Source: an uncultured bacterium
GTDB taxonomy: Bacteria; Patescibacteriota; Minisyncoccia; Moranbacterales; UBA2206
Direction of reading: 5' to 3'
DNA: 64,000 bases
Assembly: GCA_903842445.1 (NCBI GenBank)
Contig: CAIMLT010000003.1
Location: 5,696-69,695 of the forward strand
Shown here in pieces: positions 25,714-36,512 of this stretch (positions are counted from its first letter, which is position 1; every line of letters starts with the position of its first letter). The position numbers and the translations under genes are program-made. The notes under the pieces were generated by a model that had not been told where the DNA came from, ran no database searches, and was given only the letters and a program-made list of their open reading frames with translations.

Positions 25714-26751
25714 TTATACTCCTCTTAGATATTCTGCCGCGTCTTCTGGACTGATCGTGATAATCTCAATTCCGGTCGAAACTTCAAACCCCGCCCAAAT
25801 GTTTAGTTTTGGTAAAATTTCAATATGCCAATGATAGTGCGGGTAATCCTTTCCGTCGCATGGAGATGTGTGGATATAAAAATTAAAATCTGGATTATTC
25901 AATGCTTTGTCCAATTTGGCAATCACTTTCTGCAGTGCTTCTCCGCCGGATATCTTTTCCGCCTCCGTCATTCTTTCGAAATATGGCTTGTGCTTTTTGG
26001 GCATAACCCACATCTCGAAATTGGCTCGCGCAGCAAATGGACAAAAAACCAAAAAATCATCATTCTCAAAAACAAGTCTTTTTTGCGCCTCCTTCTCCCA
26101 TTCCAGCATCGCACAATAGACGCAATGTTTGCTTCCTTGATAATACTGTTCTGCTCCATCTAGCTCAGATTTTACATAGGGAGAAATCACCGGAATCGCC
26201 ATCAATTGGGAATGTGGATGCGGAATCGATGCTCCGGCGCTTTTTCCATGATTATGAAAGATATCAATATAGTTGACGGATTTTTTGTTCATCAGATCAA
26301 TGTATCGCGATTGATAGGCATCCAAAAGTTCCGCCACCAAAATCGGTTCCATCCTACCAAGATGCTTCTTATGATCTCTCGTTACAATCACTTCGTGATA
26401 GCCAATACTATCCATCAAAAAATACGGCCCCTCTTCCTTGTACGTAATTCGTCCTCCAGTCGGTCGGGAAAAAGCCGGATATTTATTGGGAAAAACCCGC
26501 AAACTCCAATCGTCATCTCCTGTTCCATAGAGCAAGACATCCTTTTCTTGTCCAGAGGCCACCGGATCACAAAATAAGCAATTGGCCACATCGCGTTCAC
26601 TTTCATCTTCCGTTTCCTTTTTGGCAAATTCATCTGGACGTTTTGCGCGAATAGTCGAAACCACCACCCAATCTCCGGTGATTAAATCTTGACGCAACTC
26701 TGTTGGTTTTGTTTTGTTTTGCTTTGTTTCCAAGAAATTCTTTTTTATCAT
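25714..26751 (-). CDS. galT: Galactose-1-phosphate uridylyltransferase-like protein (GalT/HIT family)
   Basis: ELRQD..WVV..RAKRP, NKYPA, AGASIPHPHSQ, HWHIEI. Confidence 0.9.
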   Translation of the reverse strand: MIKKNFLETKQNKTKPTELRQDLITGDWVVVSTIRAKRPDEFAKKETEDESERDVANCLFCDPVASGQEKDVLLYGTGDDDWSLRVFPNKYPAFSRPTGGRITYKEEGPYFLMDSIGYHEVIVTRDHKKHLGRMEPILVAELLDAYQSRYIDLMNKKSVNYIDIFHNHGKSAGASIPHPHSQLMAIPVISPYVKSELDGAEQYYQGSKHCVYCAMLEWEKEAQKRLVFENDDFLVFCPFAARANFEMWVMPKKHKPYFERMTEAEKISGGEALQKVIAKLDKALNNPDFNFYIHTSPCDGKDYPHYHWHIEILPKLNIWAGFEVSTGIEIITISPEDAAEYLRGV

Positions 26752-26782
26752 TATTTACGCAAATGCGCAAATCCTGTTATTT

Positions 26783-27544
26783 TTATTTTTTGATATTATA
26801 TTTTCCTGTCATCATTCTCCATTTAACCTGAAAAAGCTCTCTAAGTGTTGAAGAATAGCCACCCAAGCCAGAAGCGCCCACCAGACTTAGCCCGGCGTCC
26901 TCCCAAACCACAGGAACTTGAACAATCTCATATTTCATCTTTCTGGCCAGCATTAACATTTCAAAATCTCCACCCCAACGGTCAACTTGCAAAAGCGGAA
27001 CGATATTGAGAGTGGCTTTTTCAGAAAGAACCTTGAAACCACATTGAGTATCTTCGATTCCTCGCAAGCCCAACATGAATTGAATTAGATAGTTTCCCGC
27101 ATCTCCCATCAACTCCTTCCACCTTGGCTGGTGTTTTTTTATTTTTGAATCACTCAAATCTCTTGAACCAATGATTATATCCTCACCCTTTTCCATCGAC
27201 GCTATAAATCCGTCCAGATTGGAAATTGCCGTTGCTCCATCCGCATCAGTCAAAAGTCGATATTTTCCCTTTGCCTTCAAAAATCCTTCTCTTACTGAAT
27301 ACCACTTGCCTCGATTTTCCTTGCGATCAATTATTTCTAAATTATCGACTAGTGGCGCCAAACTTTTGGAAAACTCGACCGTATTGTCTTTTGATCCATC
27401 ACTCACAACGACAACTTCGTAGCTCCAATTTTTATTTTTGGCATACTTACCAATTTCTTCTATATTTTTTCTTAACTCTTCGCCCTTTCTACCTCCCTCG
27501 TTATAGGCCGGAATAACTACGGAAAGATACACTTGTTCACTCAT
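26783..27544 (-). CDS. GT2 glycosyltransferase (polyprenyl-phosphate glucosyltransferase-like)
   Basis: LSVVIPAYNE, DGSKD, NRGK, DADG, DTQCGFK. Confidence 0.9.
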   Translation of the reverse strand: MSEQVYLSVVIPAYNEGGRKGEELRKNIEEIGKYAKNKNWSYEVVVVSDGSKDNTVEFSKSLAPLVDNLEIIDRKENRGKWYSVREGFLKAKGKYRLLTDADGATAISNLDGFIASMEKGEDIIIGSRDLSDSKIKKHQPRWKELMGDAGNYLIQFMLGLRGIEDTQCGFKVLSEKATLNIVPLLQVDRWGGDFEMLMLARKMKYEIVQVPVVWEDAGLSLVGASGLGGYSSTLRELFQVKWRMMTGKYNIKK

Positions 27545-27649
27545 GATTTTTGAAAAATTATTATTTAATCTAACTACCACCATTGTAGCACAAAAAGGCC
27601 TGGGGGTGAAATAAACGATTTATACTAAGCTCCGAAGAGTCAAAATAGC

Positions 27650-30010
27650 TTATTCTCTAATGCCGCTCGACATTGGAACACTATTTGAAGTTATCGGCGT
27701 CATTATCGGCTCTGGATTAGGCACCACTCGGAAATCCGCCTCGCCCTTGAGCGGAATTCGCTTGATCAATTCCAAATTATCCAACTTGTTAATTTGTAAA
27801 TATTGGTCAGAAACGGTATACAAACTATTTTCTATATAGAGTGCTCTTTTTAGACTATTCTCATAGTAGTTATAGTTTCTAGTCGAGTTGTCGATATTTT
27901 GACTGATCTTTCCTTTTAGCTTAAAACCGGATTTATCCACTCCAAAAACCACCGCGCCATCAAACATTTCTTGCCAAGACATTGGCGTATTCATCAAATT
28001 GTTAGTTAGTCTTACTGGAATTACTAATAAATTTTTCTCGCGCGAAAAAAGAAAAGCCTTGTGGTCATTGAGTGCTAGCGAATCACTGCCCGCTGATCCC
28101 AAATCATATTTATCAATTTCACGAGGACGAGAAACGTCACTCACATCAAACAGCGCAAGCTTGAGCCCTTTCGTCGTAACCCCACCCGAACTATTTTCTT
28201 CCGTTTCCTTCCCTAAGCCAATAAGCATTGTGTCATCATAAGGATGGAGATAGCTGGAAAAACCGGGCACCTTAAGCTCGCCTAAAACTTTGGGATTTCT
28301 AGCATCTTTTAAGTCAATCACGAAGAGCGGATCAGTTTGCTTGAAAGTTACCAGGTAAGCCCGATTTTGCATGAATCTAACCGAATAAATCCGTTCACCT
28401 TTTGCCAAATTTTCCACCGAACCAATTACCTTTAAATTATTGTCCAAAACATAGAGATTACTATAAGATTGGCTTTGCTCAACGGCTCTTTTTTGGCTTG
28501 CCATATCGGCCAATCTTTCTGGCCCGCCAGCTCCAAAGCTGTTGAAGGAATAGACTGGAGAAAAGTTCTGATTTTTAGTTGTTGCGATACGAAAATTACC
28601 ACTCTCATCTTCATCCATCGAAAATTGATTAAGCACCGCTCCTGTTACTTCCCCGAAATTTTTATACTCAACCTTATTTTTATTAATTGCTATTTTATGA
28701 ATTACTGTCTTCTCTAGCTCCTTGGAAATATCAACGTATTTCCTCCGCATCTCTTCAGACAACTCTTTCTCTATTTTCTGCCCATCATCTTCAGAAAGAG
28801 TTGAGAGATAGCGCTCAATAACAAGACTAACTTTATTCATTTTTTCTCCCTGAGTAAGAATAGCTTTGTCAATCTCTTCAATTTTTTTGATTTGAGCTTG
28901 ATCATTCGAACTCAAACGAGAGAAAAGAAAATCTTTCGCCACGCCCATAAATAAATCATATTCACTCAAATATTTAGTATAAGCAATGAAGATATTATTT
29001 CGTGAAGCATAAAAATTTTGCTGGCCGGAAAGCAAATAAATCTGATTAGTCAAGCCTTCAGTTTCATCGTCAATATTAATCGCTGCCACATTTACCATAT
29101 TCATTGATTCATATGGCATATCAAAATAATAAACATCCGGACAATCAGAACACTTGGCTAAACTTTGATTGTCATAAATCTCCTTGCCGTCTTCTAGTAT
29201 TCTTGGCACTGGTATTTCTCCATCAAAATATTGGGCGTAAGTCGAAGTGAGAAAATAGACATATCCGCCGATCATCCGCGAATTCAGATAATTTCCTTCA
29301 AAAGCTAAATCGCGAATCTGTTGCGGGTTTTTTTTGTCCGAGATATTGAAAACTTTGAAGAAAGAATAAGGTGATTTGCGTTTAAAATTGCGATAATAGT
29401 CCGCCGTTATAATGTTTTGATCGCCACCAAAAACAACCAACCGATTATCCTTTAGATAAATGCTTTGTGGCATTGATTCGAACTCGATTTTCGACACGAC
29501 CTCCGCACTATCAATCGGATTGGCTCGCGTAATAAATAGCGTTTTATCCGCTACGGAGTAAATATATGTCCCATCTGTTTTCACTAAATCGGCCTCATCC
29601 ACGCCGGCTACTTGAACATTTGTCTGAGAATAATCAATTTCTCCCAACCCTGTTACCATCGATGAATCCTTAGCCATCATCGGGGCAGCCACTTCCATCG
29701 AAGTCATCCCGCCATTATTCATGTAAGCTCCGCCAGTTGAATTTTCTTTCACGAAATCCTGTAACTCTTGATAGTTAGAAAACTTCTTGACTTTAGTTTC
29801 ATTTTCTAATTTTTGCATCAATGAAGTGTTTTGTCTATCTGCATCAATCATCATTGACGTTCTACCGGAACCTTTCGTATAAAAATAGTTTTGCGCGACG
29901 AATAACACTAAAAATAAAAATGCCAAAACTGGCAACATTACTTTCAACTCCCGATTCTTTTTTTCTACAATAGTAGCGGAACCTTCTTCTGGTTTATTTT
30001 GCGTTTCCAT
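27650..30010 (-). CDS. Membrane-anchored beta-propeller domain protein
   Basis: YSQTNVQVAGVDEADLVKTDG, LNQFSMDE, GERIYSVRF, TFKQTDPLFVIDL, GELKVPGFSSYLHP. Confidence 0.88.
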   Translation of the reverse strand: METQNKPEEGSATIVEKKNRELKVMLPVLAFLFLVLFVAQNYFYTKGSGRTSMMIDADRQNTSLMQKLENETKVKKFSNYQELQDFVKENSTGGAYMNNGGMTSMEVAAPMMAKDSSMVTGLGEIDYSQTNVQVAGVDEADLVKTDGTYIYSVADKTLFITRANPIDSAEVVSKIEFESMPQSIYLKDNRLVVFGGDQNIITADYYRNFKRKSPYSFFKVFNISDKKNPQQIRDLAFEGNYLNSRMIGGYVYFLTSTYAQYFDGEIPVPRILEDGKEIYDNQSLAKCSDCPDVYYFDMPYESMNMVNVAAINIDDETEGLTNQIYLLSGQQNFYASRNNIFIAYTKYLSEYDLFMGVAKDFLFSRLSSNDQAQIKKIEEIDKAILTQGEKMNKVSLVIERYLSTLSEDDGQKIEKELSEEMRRKYVDISKELEKTVIHKIAINKNKVEYKNFGEVTGAVLNQFSMDEDESGNFRIATTKNQNFSPVYSFNSFGAGGPERLADMASQKRAVEQSQSYSNLYVLDNNLKVIGSVENLAKGERIYSVRFMQNRAYLVTFKQTDPLFVIDLKDARNPKVLGELKVPGFSSYLHPYDDTMLIGLGKETEENSSGGVTTKGLKLALFDVSDVSRPREIDKYDLGSAGSDSLALNDHKAFLFSREKNLLVIPVRLTNNLMNTPMSWQEMFDGAVVFGVDKSGFKLKGKISQNIDNSTRNYNYYENSLKRALYIENSLYTVSDQYLQINKLDNLELIKRIPLKGEADFRVVPNPEPIMTPITSNSVPMSSGIRE

Positions 30011-30043
30011 AATTTACTTTTTTATTATTTTATACTTTGCATT

Positions 30044-30757
30044 TTAACACATTTTCAAATATATTTCTCTCTCTTCTTTAGAAAACTTTTCAATCGCGTA
30101 ACGTAAAGCAGTTCGAGGCATTTTTTTTGCATATTTATGCAGAAAGTTAACCTCCTCTTTCTTTTCTCGCTTGCCAATCTCTCGAAGCATCCAACCCACA
30201 GCTTTATGAATTAAGTCATGCCTGTCAAGAAGTAAAATTTTCGCGATTTTCAAAGTATCATAAAAATCTCTATTTCTGATGAATCCCAGAGTGCTAATAA
30301 TTGAAATCCGCCTTTCCCAAAGATTTCTTGAGCTTGCCAGCCTGTACAAAATAGTTCTGTCTTTTTCAAAAAGATAATCCCCTAAAATTTGCGGGGCAGA
30401 CAGGTCAACCAAATCCCAATTGTTTATTCTATTCAAATTTTGCAAATAAAAATCAGCCACCCTCATCTTTTCTCCCAATTCACCTCTTTGGTATTTCAAA
30501 ACCAAAATCACAACAGCCAAAAATCGCAGCTCATGCACTTTTTGTTTCAATAAGTATCTTAAATCCGCAAAACTGATCTTCTCTATATATCTTCGTGCCA
30601 CAATTCTTTGTTTTGGCACAATAATTCCCCAGAAAACATCTCCTTCACCATATTCACCTTTTCCAGTCTTAAAAAATCTGGCCAGAACTTTAGCCTTTTG
30701 TGGATTTTTTAACTTTTTTAAATCAGCCAAAAGACTTTCTAAGATTTGCATAGACAT
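30044..30757 (-). CDS. DNA alkylation repair protein (AlkD-like)
   Basis: FFKTGKGEYGEGD, NNWDLVD, LWERR, IHKAVGWMLRE, MPRTALRYAIE. Confidence 0.9.
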   Translation of the reverse strand: MSMQILESLLADLKKLKNPQKAKVLARFFKTGKGEYGEGDVFWGIIVPKQRIVARRYIEKISFADLRYLLKQKVHELRFLAVVILVLKYQRGELGEKMRVADFYLQNLNRINNWDLVDLSAPQILGDYLFEKDRTILYRLASSRNLWERRISIISTLGFIRNRDFYDTLKIAKILLLDRHDLIHKAVGWMLREIGKREKKEEVNFLHKYAKKMPRTALRYAIEKFSKEEREIYLKMC

Positions 30758-30781
30758 AACAAAGACGTATAGGTCAAAAAA

Positions 30782-32362
30782 TTACATTTTCTCTGGTGCT
30801 TCAATTCCGATTAAACGCAAAGTTTCGCCCAAAACAACTTTTGTCGCACTAACTAAGTCCTTTCTTGTTGCTGCAAGTTTTTCTTCTTCACCCAAAATAC
30901 GACAAGCGTGATAAAAGCTATGGAATTTATCTGCCAGCTTTATAGCATAATGAGTAAGTCGGTGAACCTCGTAATTATTGGCAATTTCCAAAATCAAATC
31001 AGGAAAACGCATTAAATGCCTCAGAAGTTCGATTTCTTTTTCATTTTTCAGCAAGGAGAAATCAACTTTCCCCCAAATTTCTCCTTCAACTTTTCTGAGA
31101 ATTCCCGATAGTCTGGCGTAGGCATATTGAACATAAAAAACCGGATTTTTATTGGATTTTTCTTTGGCTAAATCAATATCAAAAATCATTGGTGAATTAG
31201 CACTATAGGCTAAAAAAATAAACCGCACAGCGTCTTTTCCAACTTCATCGATCAAATCTTCAAGACAAATATACTGTCCCTTTCTTTTAGACATCTTAAA
31301 CTCTTCTCCGTTTTTGATCACGGTGAGATTTTGAGTAATCAAAAATTTCACTTTTTCATGATAACCCAAACTCTCCATTGCCCCCTTAACTCGTGCGACA
31401 TCTCCATGATGATCCGCGCCCCAAATATCAATTGCCAAATCAAATTTTCGCATTTGTAACTTATTTAGATGATAGGCAATATCTCCACCAAAATAAGTTA
31501 TCTCACCAGTTGTTTTTTTAACCACTCGATCTTTTTCATCGCCAAATTTTTCCGCCCGAAACCACAAAGCCCCATCTTTTTCATAGAGTGAATCTTTCGC
31601 TTTCAATTTTTCGAAAGCTTTTTTCACTTCACCACTTTTATGTAGTGAGCTTTCACTGAAATATTCATCAAATATTATGCCGAGAGATTCCATGGCTGGC
31701 TTAATCATCTCGTCTAAGATAGTTTTGGTTGCAACCTGCCCAACTAAAAAAGGATCCACCTCTTGATTATTTTTTGCCAGAACATCAATATATTCTCCCT
31801 TGTATTGGGCTTCCTCATCCTTAAGAATCGAGTGTCCTAAAACTTTAATCTGATTGCCAAAATCATTAACATAATATTCTCGCCAAACAGAAAAACCATT
31901 TTTTATCAAAATATTAGCTAGCATATCTCCCAGCGGCCCACCGCGACCATTGCCCAAATGAATCGGTCCAGTCGGATTGGCACTCACAAAATCCAGATGA
32001 ATTTTTTTGTCCTTTCCAAGACTGCCATCGCCATAATTTCCACCGGCAGAATTAATTTTTTCTATCTCCAATCCGCGAGCTTTAGCTGATAAATTAAAAT
32101 TTAAAAATCCTGCGCCTGCCACTTTAATTTCAGAAAAGATATCTTTCTCCGCATCATCCTTCTCTAATTCATTTTTTATAATCTCTGCAATCTCCCGCGG
32201 ATTTTTACCAATTTTCTTGGCAATTTTTAACGCCAAATTAGTTGAATAATCTCCGAATTCTTCCGGCGGATAATTTATTTCGATTTCAGCTTTGGACAAC
32301 AGAATATCCGAAAAAATCCGACTAAAAGCTAACTCTAATTTTTCAATCAATAAATCTCGCAT
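30782..32362 (-). CDS. argS: Arginine-tRNA ligase
   Basis: FGDYSTN, SANPTGPIHLGNGR, WGADH, KMSKRKG, YVQYAYAR. Confidence 0.97.
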   Translation of the reverse strand: MRDLLIEKLELAFSRIFSDILLSKAEIEINYPPEEFGDYSTNLALKIAKKIGKNPREIAEIIKNELEKDDAEKDIFSEIKVAGAGFLNFNLSAKARGLEIEKINSAGGNYGDGSLGKDKKIHLDFVSANPTGPIHLGNGRGGPLGDMLANILIKNGFSVWREYYVNDFGNQIKVLGHSILKDEEAQYKGEYIDVLAKNNQEVDPFLVGQVATKTILDEMIKPAMESLGIIFDEYFSESSLHKSGEVKKAFEKLKAKDSLYEKDGALWFRAEKFGDEKDRVVKKTTGEITYFGGDIAYHLNKLQMRKFDLAIDIWGADHHGDVARVKGAMESLGYHEKVKFLITQNLTVIKNGEEFKMSKRKGQYICLEDLIDEVGKDAVRFIFLAYSANSPMIFDIDLAKEKSNKNPVFYVQYAYARLSGILRKVEGEIWGKVDFSLLKNEKEIELLRHLMRFPDLILEIANNYEVHRLTHYAIKLADKFHSFYHACRILGEEEKLAATRKDLVSATKVVLGETLRLIGIEAPEKM

Positions 32363-32378
32363 ATACCACTATTATACC

Positions 32379-32795
32379 TCATAAAGCCTTTTTTTGCAAA
32401 AAGCTATCCAAAATTATTCGCGCCGATTCGGCGTCATCAAATCGATTAAGATTACAGACTCCCTTTTCCTTCAGATTCTCTCTGGCAATTTTTGTCGAGT
32501 ATATTTCATCTTGAAAAAAGACTTTGATTTTTTCTTTCCGCAAATTCTCCCCTAATTTTTCTCCCGCATAAACTACCTTTTTATCCCCCGTTCTTTTCGG
32601 CACACCGATTATCACTGCTTCGATTTTTTCTTTCTCGATTGTGCTTAAAATTTTTTCTAAAAATTTTTTATCATTTTTGACAACACCATAGGCAAAAGCG
32701 ATTCGCGTCTCGCTATCGGAAATCGCAAGGCCAATTTTTGACTCGCCATAATCGATGCCGAGAAAATATTTTGTTTTAGTCAATTTTTCTTGCAT
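32379..32795 (-). CDS. ruvX: YqgF/RuvX pre-16S rRNA nuclease
   Basis: LGIDYG..IGLAISD, IIGVP, DE.YST, DDAESA.IIL. Confidence 0.92.
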   Translation of the reverse strand: MQEKLTKTKYFLGIDYGESKIGLAISDSETRIAFAYGVVKNDKKFLEKILSTIEKEKIEAVIIGVPKRTGDKKVVYAGEKLGENLRKEKIKVFFQDEIYSTKIARENLKEKGVCNLNRFDDAESARIILDSFLQKKAL

Positions 32796-32802
32796 AATGA
32801 AA

Positions 32803-33564
32803 CTAAACTCGCGTTAAATTTTCCACACCTTTTTTTGTAACAACAACAGTATCTTCGAAATGCGCGCTCAATTCTCCATCTTTCGTAGCATATGTCCAGC
32901 CATCAGAAAGAATTTTGACATAACGTGTACCCGCATTAATCATTGGCTCAAGTGCCAGCGTCATGCCTTCTCTCAAAATTACTTCCTGGATATTGGTTGC
33001 CTGGTTTGGAATTTGTGGATCTTCGTGAAGCTCTCTTCCAACTCCATGTCCGACCAATTCTCTAATGACTGAAAAGCCCTGTTCTTTAGCGTATCTTTCT
33101 ACCGCTTTTCCGTAATCACTTAATTTAGCTCCGACTTTAATTGTTTTTATGCCTTCCTCTAAGCATTTTTTTGTAACATCCAAAAGATTTTGTGCGCTAC
33201 TCGAAACTTTCCCAACTGGAAATGTTCGTGCCATGTCAGTGATTAACCCTTTATATCTCATACCAATATCTATTTTAACCAAATCGCCTTCACAAATAAT
33301 CCGTTCCTTTTTAGGAATACCATGCACAATCTCATTGTTAATTGAAGCACAAATTGCTGCAGGATAAGCGTTGCCAGGCTCGCCATAGCCCTCAAAAATC
33401 GGTATCCCACCAATATCAAAAACAAGCTCTCTGGCCAGCTTGTTGATTTCAAAGGTGTTTTGTCCAGGAATGATTATCTTGCCGACTTGTTCCATAATTT
33501 GACCCAGAAGCTTCCCACCTTCTCGCATAATCGCTATTTCTTTTTCTGACTTAATGATAATCAT
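32803..33564 (-). CDS. map: Methionine aminopeptidase type I
   Basis: SINNEIVHGIP, DMART, GHGVG..LHEDP, EPM, SAHFEDT. Confidence 0.97.
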   Translation of the reverse strand: MIIIKSEKEIAIMREGGKLLGQIMEQVGKIIIPGQNTFEINKLARELVFDIGGIPIFEGYGEPGNAYPAAICASINNEIVHGIPKKERIICEGDLVKIDIGMRYKGLITDMARTFPVGKVSSSAQNLLDVTKKCLEEGIKTIKVGAKLSDYGKAVERYAKEQGFSVIRELVGHGVGRELHEDPQIPNQATNIQEVILREGMTLALEPMINAGTRYVKILSDGWTYATKDGELSAHFEDTVVVTKKGVENLTRV

Positions 33565-34196
33565 AAAGCTTTTATTATATCCTCAAAAACTTCTTCCACG
33601 TTTTTTTCTCCGTTGATTCTGGAAACTAAGTTATTTTTCTCAAAATACTTTATCACCGGAATTGTTTCCTCTTCAAAAATATTCAGCCTTTTTTTTATCC
33701 CTTCTTCCGTATCATCCGCTCTCTGTAGTAATTTACCTAAACACTTAGGACAAACCGGAGCATCATTATCTTCCTCGCAAATTAACGCTTCTTTACAATT
33801 CTCGCAAGAGAATCTTTTGCCTATTCTTTTTAGCGATTCTTCAGAGGAAATATCTACAAAAATAACCCTATCAATTTTTCGACCAAATTCTTTAAGTGCC
33901 AACTCAAAATAGGCAACTTGTTCAACATTTCGCGGAACTCCATCGAAAACTACTCCCTGTTTTCTCCCCAGATCATTTAAGCGAATATGCAAAACCTCTC
34001 GCAAGATCCGACTTGGCACCAACTCTTTTCTCACCATGATAATCTCATACACTTCTTTGCCTAAGTCAGTATCCATTGCAGCAATCTGTCGCAAGGCTTT
34101 CCCCGTATCAAAATGATCCAGTTTAAATTTTTTTGCCAAAAGCTTCGCCTGCGTTCCCTTGCCAGATCCTTGCTGACCCAAGATAACAATATTCAT
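33561..34196 (-). CDS. adk: Adenylate kinase (Zn-type LID)
   Basis: GQQGSGKGTQA, DGVPR, CENC..CPKC, QRADD; follows secY. Confidence 0.95.
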   Translation of the reverse strand: MNIVILGQQGSGKGTQAKLLAKKFKLDHFDTGKALRQIAAMDTDLGKEVYEIIMVRKELVPSRILREVLHIRLNDLGRKQGVVFDGVPRNVEQVAYFELALKEFGRKIDRVIFVDISSEESLKRIGKRFSCENCKEALICEEDNDAPVCPKCLGKLLQRADDTEEGIKKRLNIFEEETIPVIKYFEKNNLVSRINGEKNVEEVFEDIIKAL

Positions 34197-34220
34197 ATGT
34201 GCGTAAAAACACAAAATTCA

Positions 34221-35495
34221 TTAAAAACCTTCGTAGTCTCGCATCGCCAATTGTCCCTGAACTTGTTTAATTGTTTCAATCACAACCGAAACAACAATGA
34301 GTAGCCCTGTACCACCTATGGAAACCGAACCAATATTGGTAAAGCTTTCTACAAAGAAAGGTAGAATCGCAATTAACCCAAGGAAAACTGCGCCAGAAAG
34401 TGTGATGCGATTCATAATGCGATAAAGATAATCGGCGGTATTTTTTCCAGGACGAATTCCTAAAATATACCCGCCTTGTTTTTGCAAACTCTCAGCAATT
34501 TTATTCGGATCAAAAACCACTGCCGTATAAAAATAAGTAAAGGCAACAACAAGAATAAAATAAAATAACCAATAAAACCAGCTACTTGGAGAAAAAAGTG
34601 CACTCATTTTGATGGCAATGTTGGCGACAACCGTATTCGAACTTTTTGTGAGAAAGCCGGCAATCATTCCCGGAAAAAGCATAATAGAAAGTGCAAAAAT
34701 AATCGGAATTACTCCAGCTTGGTTGATGCGCAGTGGCAAATGCGTCGAAGTTCCACCATACATCTTATTGCCTTTAATCCTCTTTGCATAGGAAACTGGC
34801 ATATTTCTTTGTCCTTCGGTCATGAAAACTACAGCTGAAATTGATAAAATTAAAATTGCACCCAAAATCAAATAAGTAAAGATTTGTGATGAATCAGCTG
34901 TCGCATAGGTTTTAGCGATAGTTGAAGGAATAGCCGAAACAATACCCGCAAAGATAATCAATGATACTCCATTGCCAATACCTTTTTCTGTCATTAGTTC
35001 TCCCAGCCACATAAGAAATATCGTTCCGGCTGTAGCGATCACTATCATTGAGACAATACTTACCGTATCACTTGTGGCAATAATTCCTTGGGATCGAAAA
35101 AGTGAAAGCATTCCAAAAGTTTGCATTGCAGCCAAGGGAACGGTTGCAAAACGGGTCCATTGATTAAACTTCTGTCTTCCCGCTTCTCCTTCTTCTTTAT
35201 AAATCTTTTCAAGCTTTGGTACAATCATTGTGAGGAGTTGCATAATAATTGAAGCTGTAATATATGGCCCGACACCAAGCATCACAAGAGAAATACTAGA
35301 TAGGCCTTGTCCAGAAAAAAGATTCAGAAGTCCAAAAAGCTCATTGCTTTCAAAGAAAGTCTTGAGTCGCTCCTGGTCAACGCCTGGAATCGGCACATTA
35401 GCTGCCAAACGAAACACGACCAAAAGAGCCAAAATAAAAAATATTTTATTTCTGAGCTCTTTGATTCGAAAGATTTGCTTAATTTTAGCTAACAT
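34221..35495 (-). CDS. secY: Preprotein translocase SecY
   Basis: LGVGPYITASIIMQLL, GIGNGVSLIIFAGI, AGVIPIIFA, GIRPG, GGTGLLIVV. Confidence 0.98.
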   Translation of the reverse strand: MLAKIKQIFRIKELRNKIFFILALLVVFRLAANVPIPGVDQERLKTFFESNELFGLLNLFSGQGLSSISLVMLGVGPYITASIIMQLLTMIVPKLEKIYKEEGEAGRQKFNQWTRFATVPLAAMQTFGMLSLFRSQGIIATSDTVSIVSMIVIATAGTIFLMWLGELMTEKGIGNGVSLIIFAGIVSAIPSTIAKTYATADSSQIFTYLILGAILILSISAVVFMTEGQRNMPVSYAKRIKGNKMYGGTSTHLPLRINQAGVIPIIFALSIMLFPGMIAGFLTKSSNTVVANIAIKMSALFSPSSWFYWLFYFILVVAFTYFYTAVVFDPNKIAESLQKQGGYILGIRPGKNTADYLYRIMNRITLSGAVFLGLIAILPFFVESFTNIGSVSIGGTGLLIVVSVVIETIKQVQGQLAMRDYEGF

Positions 35496-35517
35496 AGTTT
35501 AGCCAATTTGCTTATTT

Positions 35518-35973
35518 TTATTTCTCCAACTCGACAGATTTCACCTCTCCGCCAACAGCTATAATCGCTTTTTTAACTGCTTCACTAATAAAGATTTCTT
35601 TTTCAAAGACAAATTTTTTTGTCAGCTTCGAGCTACCAAGAACCTTGATTCCGAGAGGAATATTTTTTCGAGCTACTAGTTTCATATTAACTAAAGATTC
35701 CACGCTAATTATAGCACCGTCTTCAAAGTTTTTCTCAATATCCATAACTTGCACGATACTTCTTTTTTTTGTTCGAGAAGTAAACCCTCGTTTTTTCTTC
35801 ATGTGATCAATCAACGTTGAACGTCCACCTTCAAATAACGGATCAACATGGGCACCACTTCGCGCTTTTTGTCCTTTATTTCCCTTGCCGGAATAAGTTC
35901 CTTTCTTACCACCTCGTCCAAGATTTTTCTTCTTCTTTCTTGGTTGACTTAATTGCAAATCCTGTCTTAACAT
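35518..35973 (-). CDS. rplO: 50S ribosomal protein L15
   Basis: GRGG..GTYSGKGNKGQKAR, FEGG. Confidence 0.96.
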   Translation of the reverse strand: MLRQDLQLSQPRKKKKNLGRGGKKGTYSGKGNKGQKARSGAHVDPLFEGGRSTLIDHMKKKRGFTSRTKKRSIVQVMDIEKNFEDGAIISVESLVNMKLVARKNIPLGIKVLGSSKLTKKFVFEKEIFISEAVKKAIIAVGGEVKSVELEK

Positions 35974-35999
35974 AAAATTATAATATCAATTTGTATAAA

Positions 36000-36503
36000 T
36001 TAACTAGCCTTCACAATTCGCTCTTTTCTAGTCCTTGATTTACTAAGCATCCCCAAAGCTTCAACTGTTGCTCTTGCAACGTTAAGTTTATTGGCAGTTC
36101 CTAAAGATTTAGAAACGATATCACGAATTCCGGCAAAATCAACCACGGCGCGCACAGCCCCTCCCGCCACGATACTTCGTCCTTCCTTGGCAGGTTTTAA
36201 AATTACTTTAGCACTACCCTTTTTGTGTTCTACGGCATGCGCAATCGTATTATTCTTAATTGAGACTGTGATCATATTTTTTTTGGCATCATCAAAAGCT
36301 TTTCCAATAGCATCAGTCACATCCGATCCCTTGCCGACACCCACGCCAACCTTGCCTTTGCGATTTCCAATTACAAGCGTTGCTCGAAAACGAAAACGTC
36401 TTCCACCTTTGACTACGCGGGTAACTCTAGCTAAATCCAGAAGCTTTTGTTCAAATTCCGGTTTTTCTTTTTTTCCTCTAAATTTTCTATCATTCTTTGC
36501 CAT
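36000..36503 (-). CDS. rpsE: 30S ribosomal protein S5
   Basis: RVTRVVKGGRRFRF, AGGAVRAV. Confidence 0.97.
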   Translation of the reverse strand: MAKNDRKFRGKKEKPEFEQKLLDLARVTRVVKGGRRFRFRATLVIGNRKGKVGVGVGKGSDVTDAIGKAFDDAKKNMITVSIKNNTIAHAVEHKKGSAKVILKPAKEGRSIVAGGAVRAVVDFAGIRDIVSKSLGTANKLNVARATVEALGMLSKSRTRKERIVKAS

Positions 36504-36512
36504 AAGTTTAGT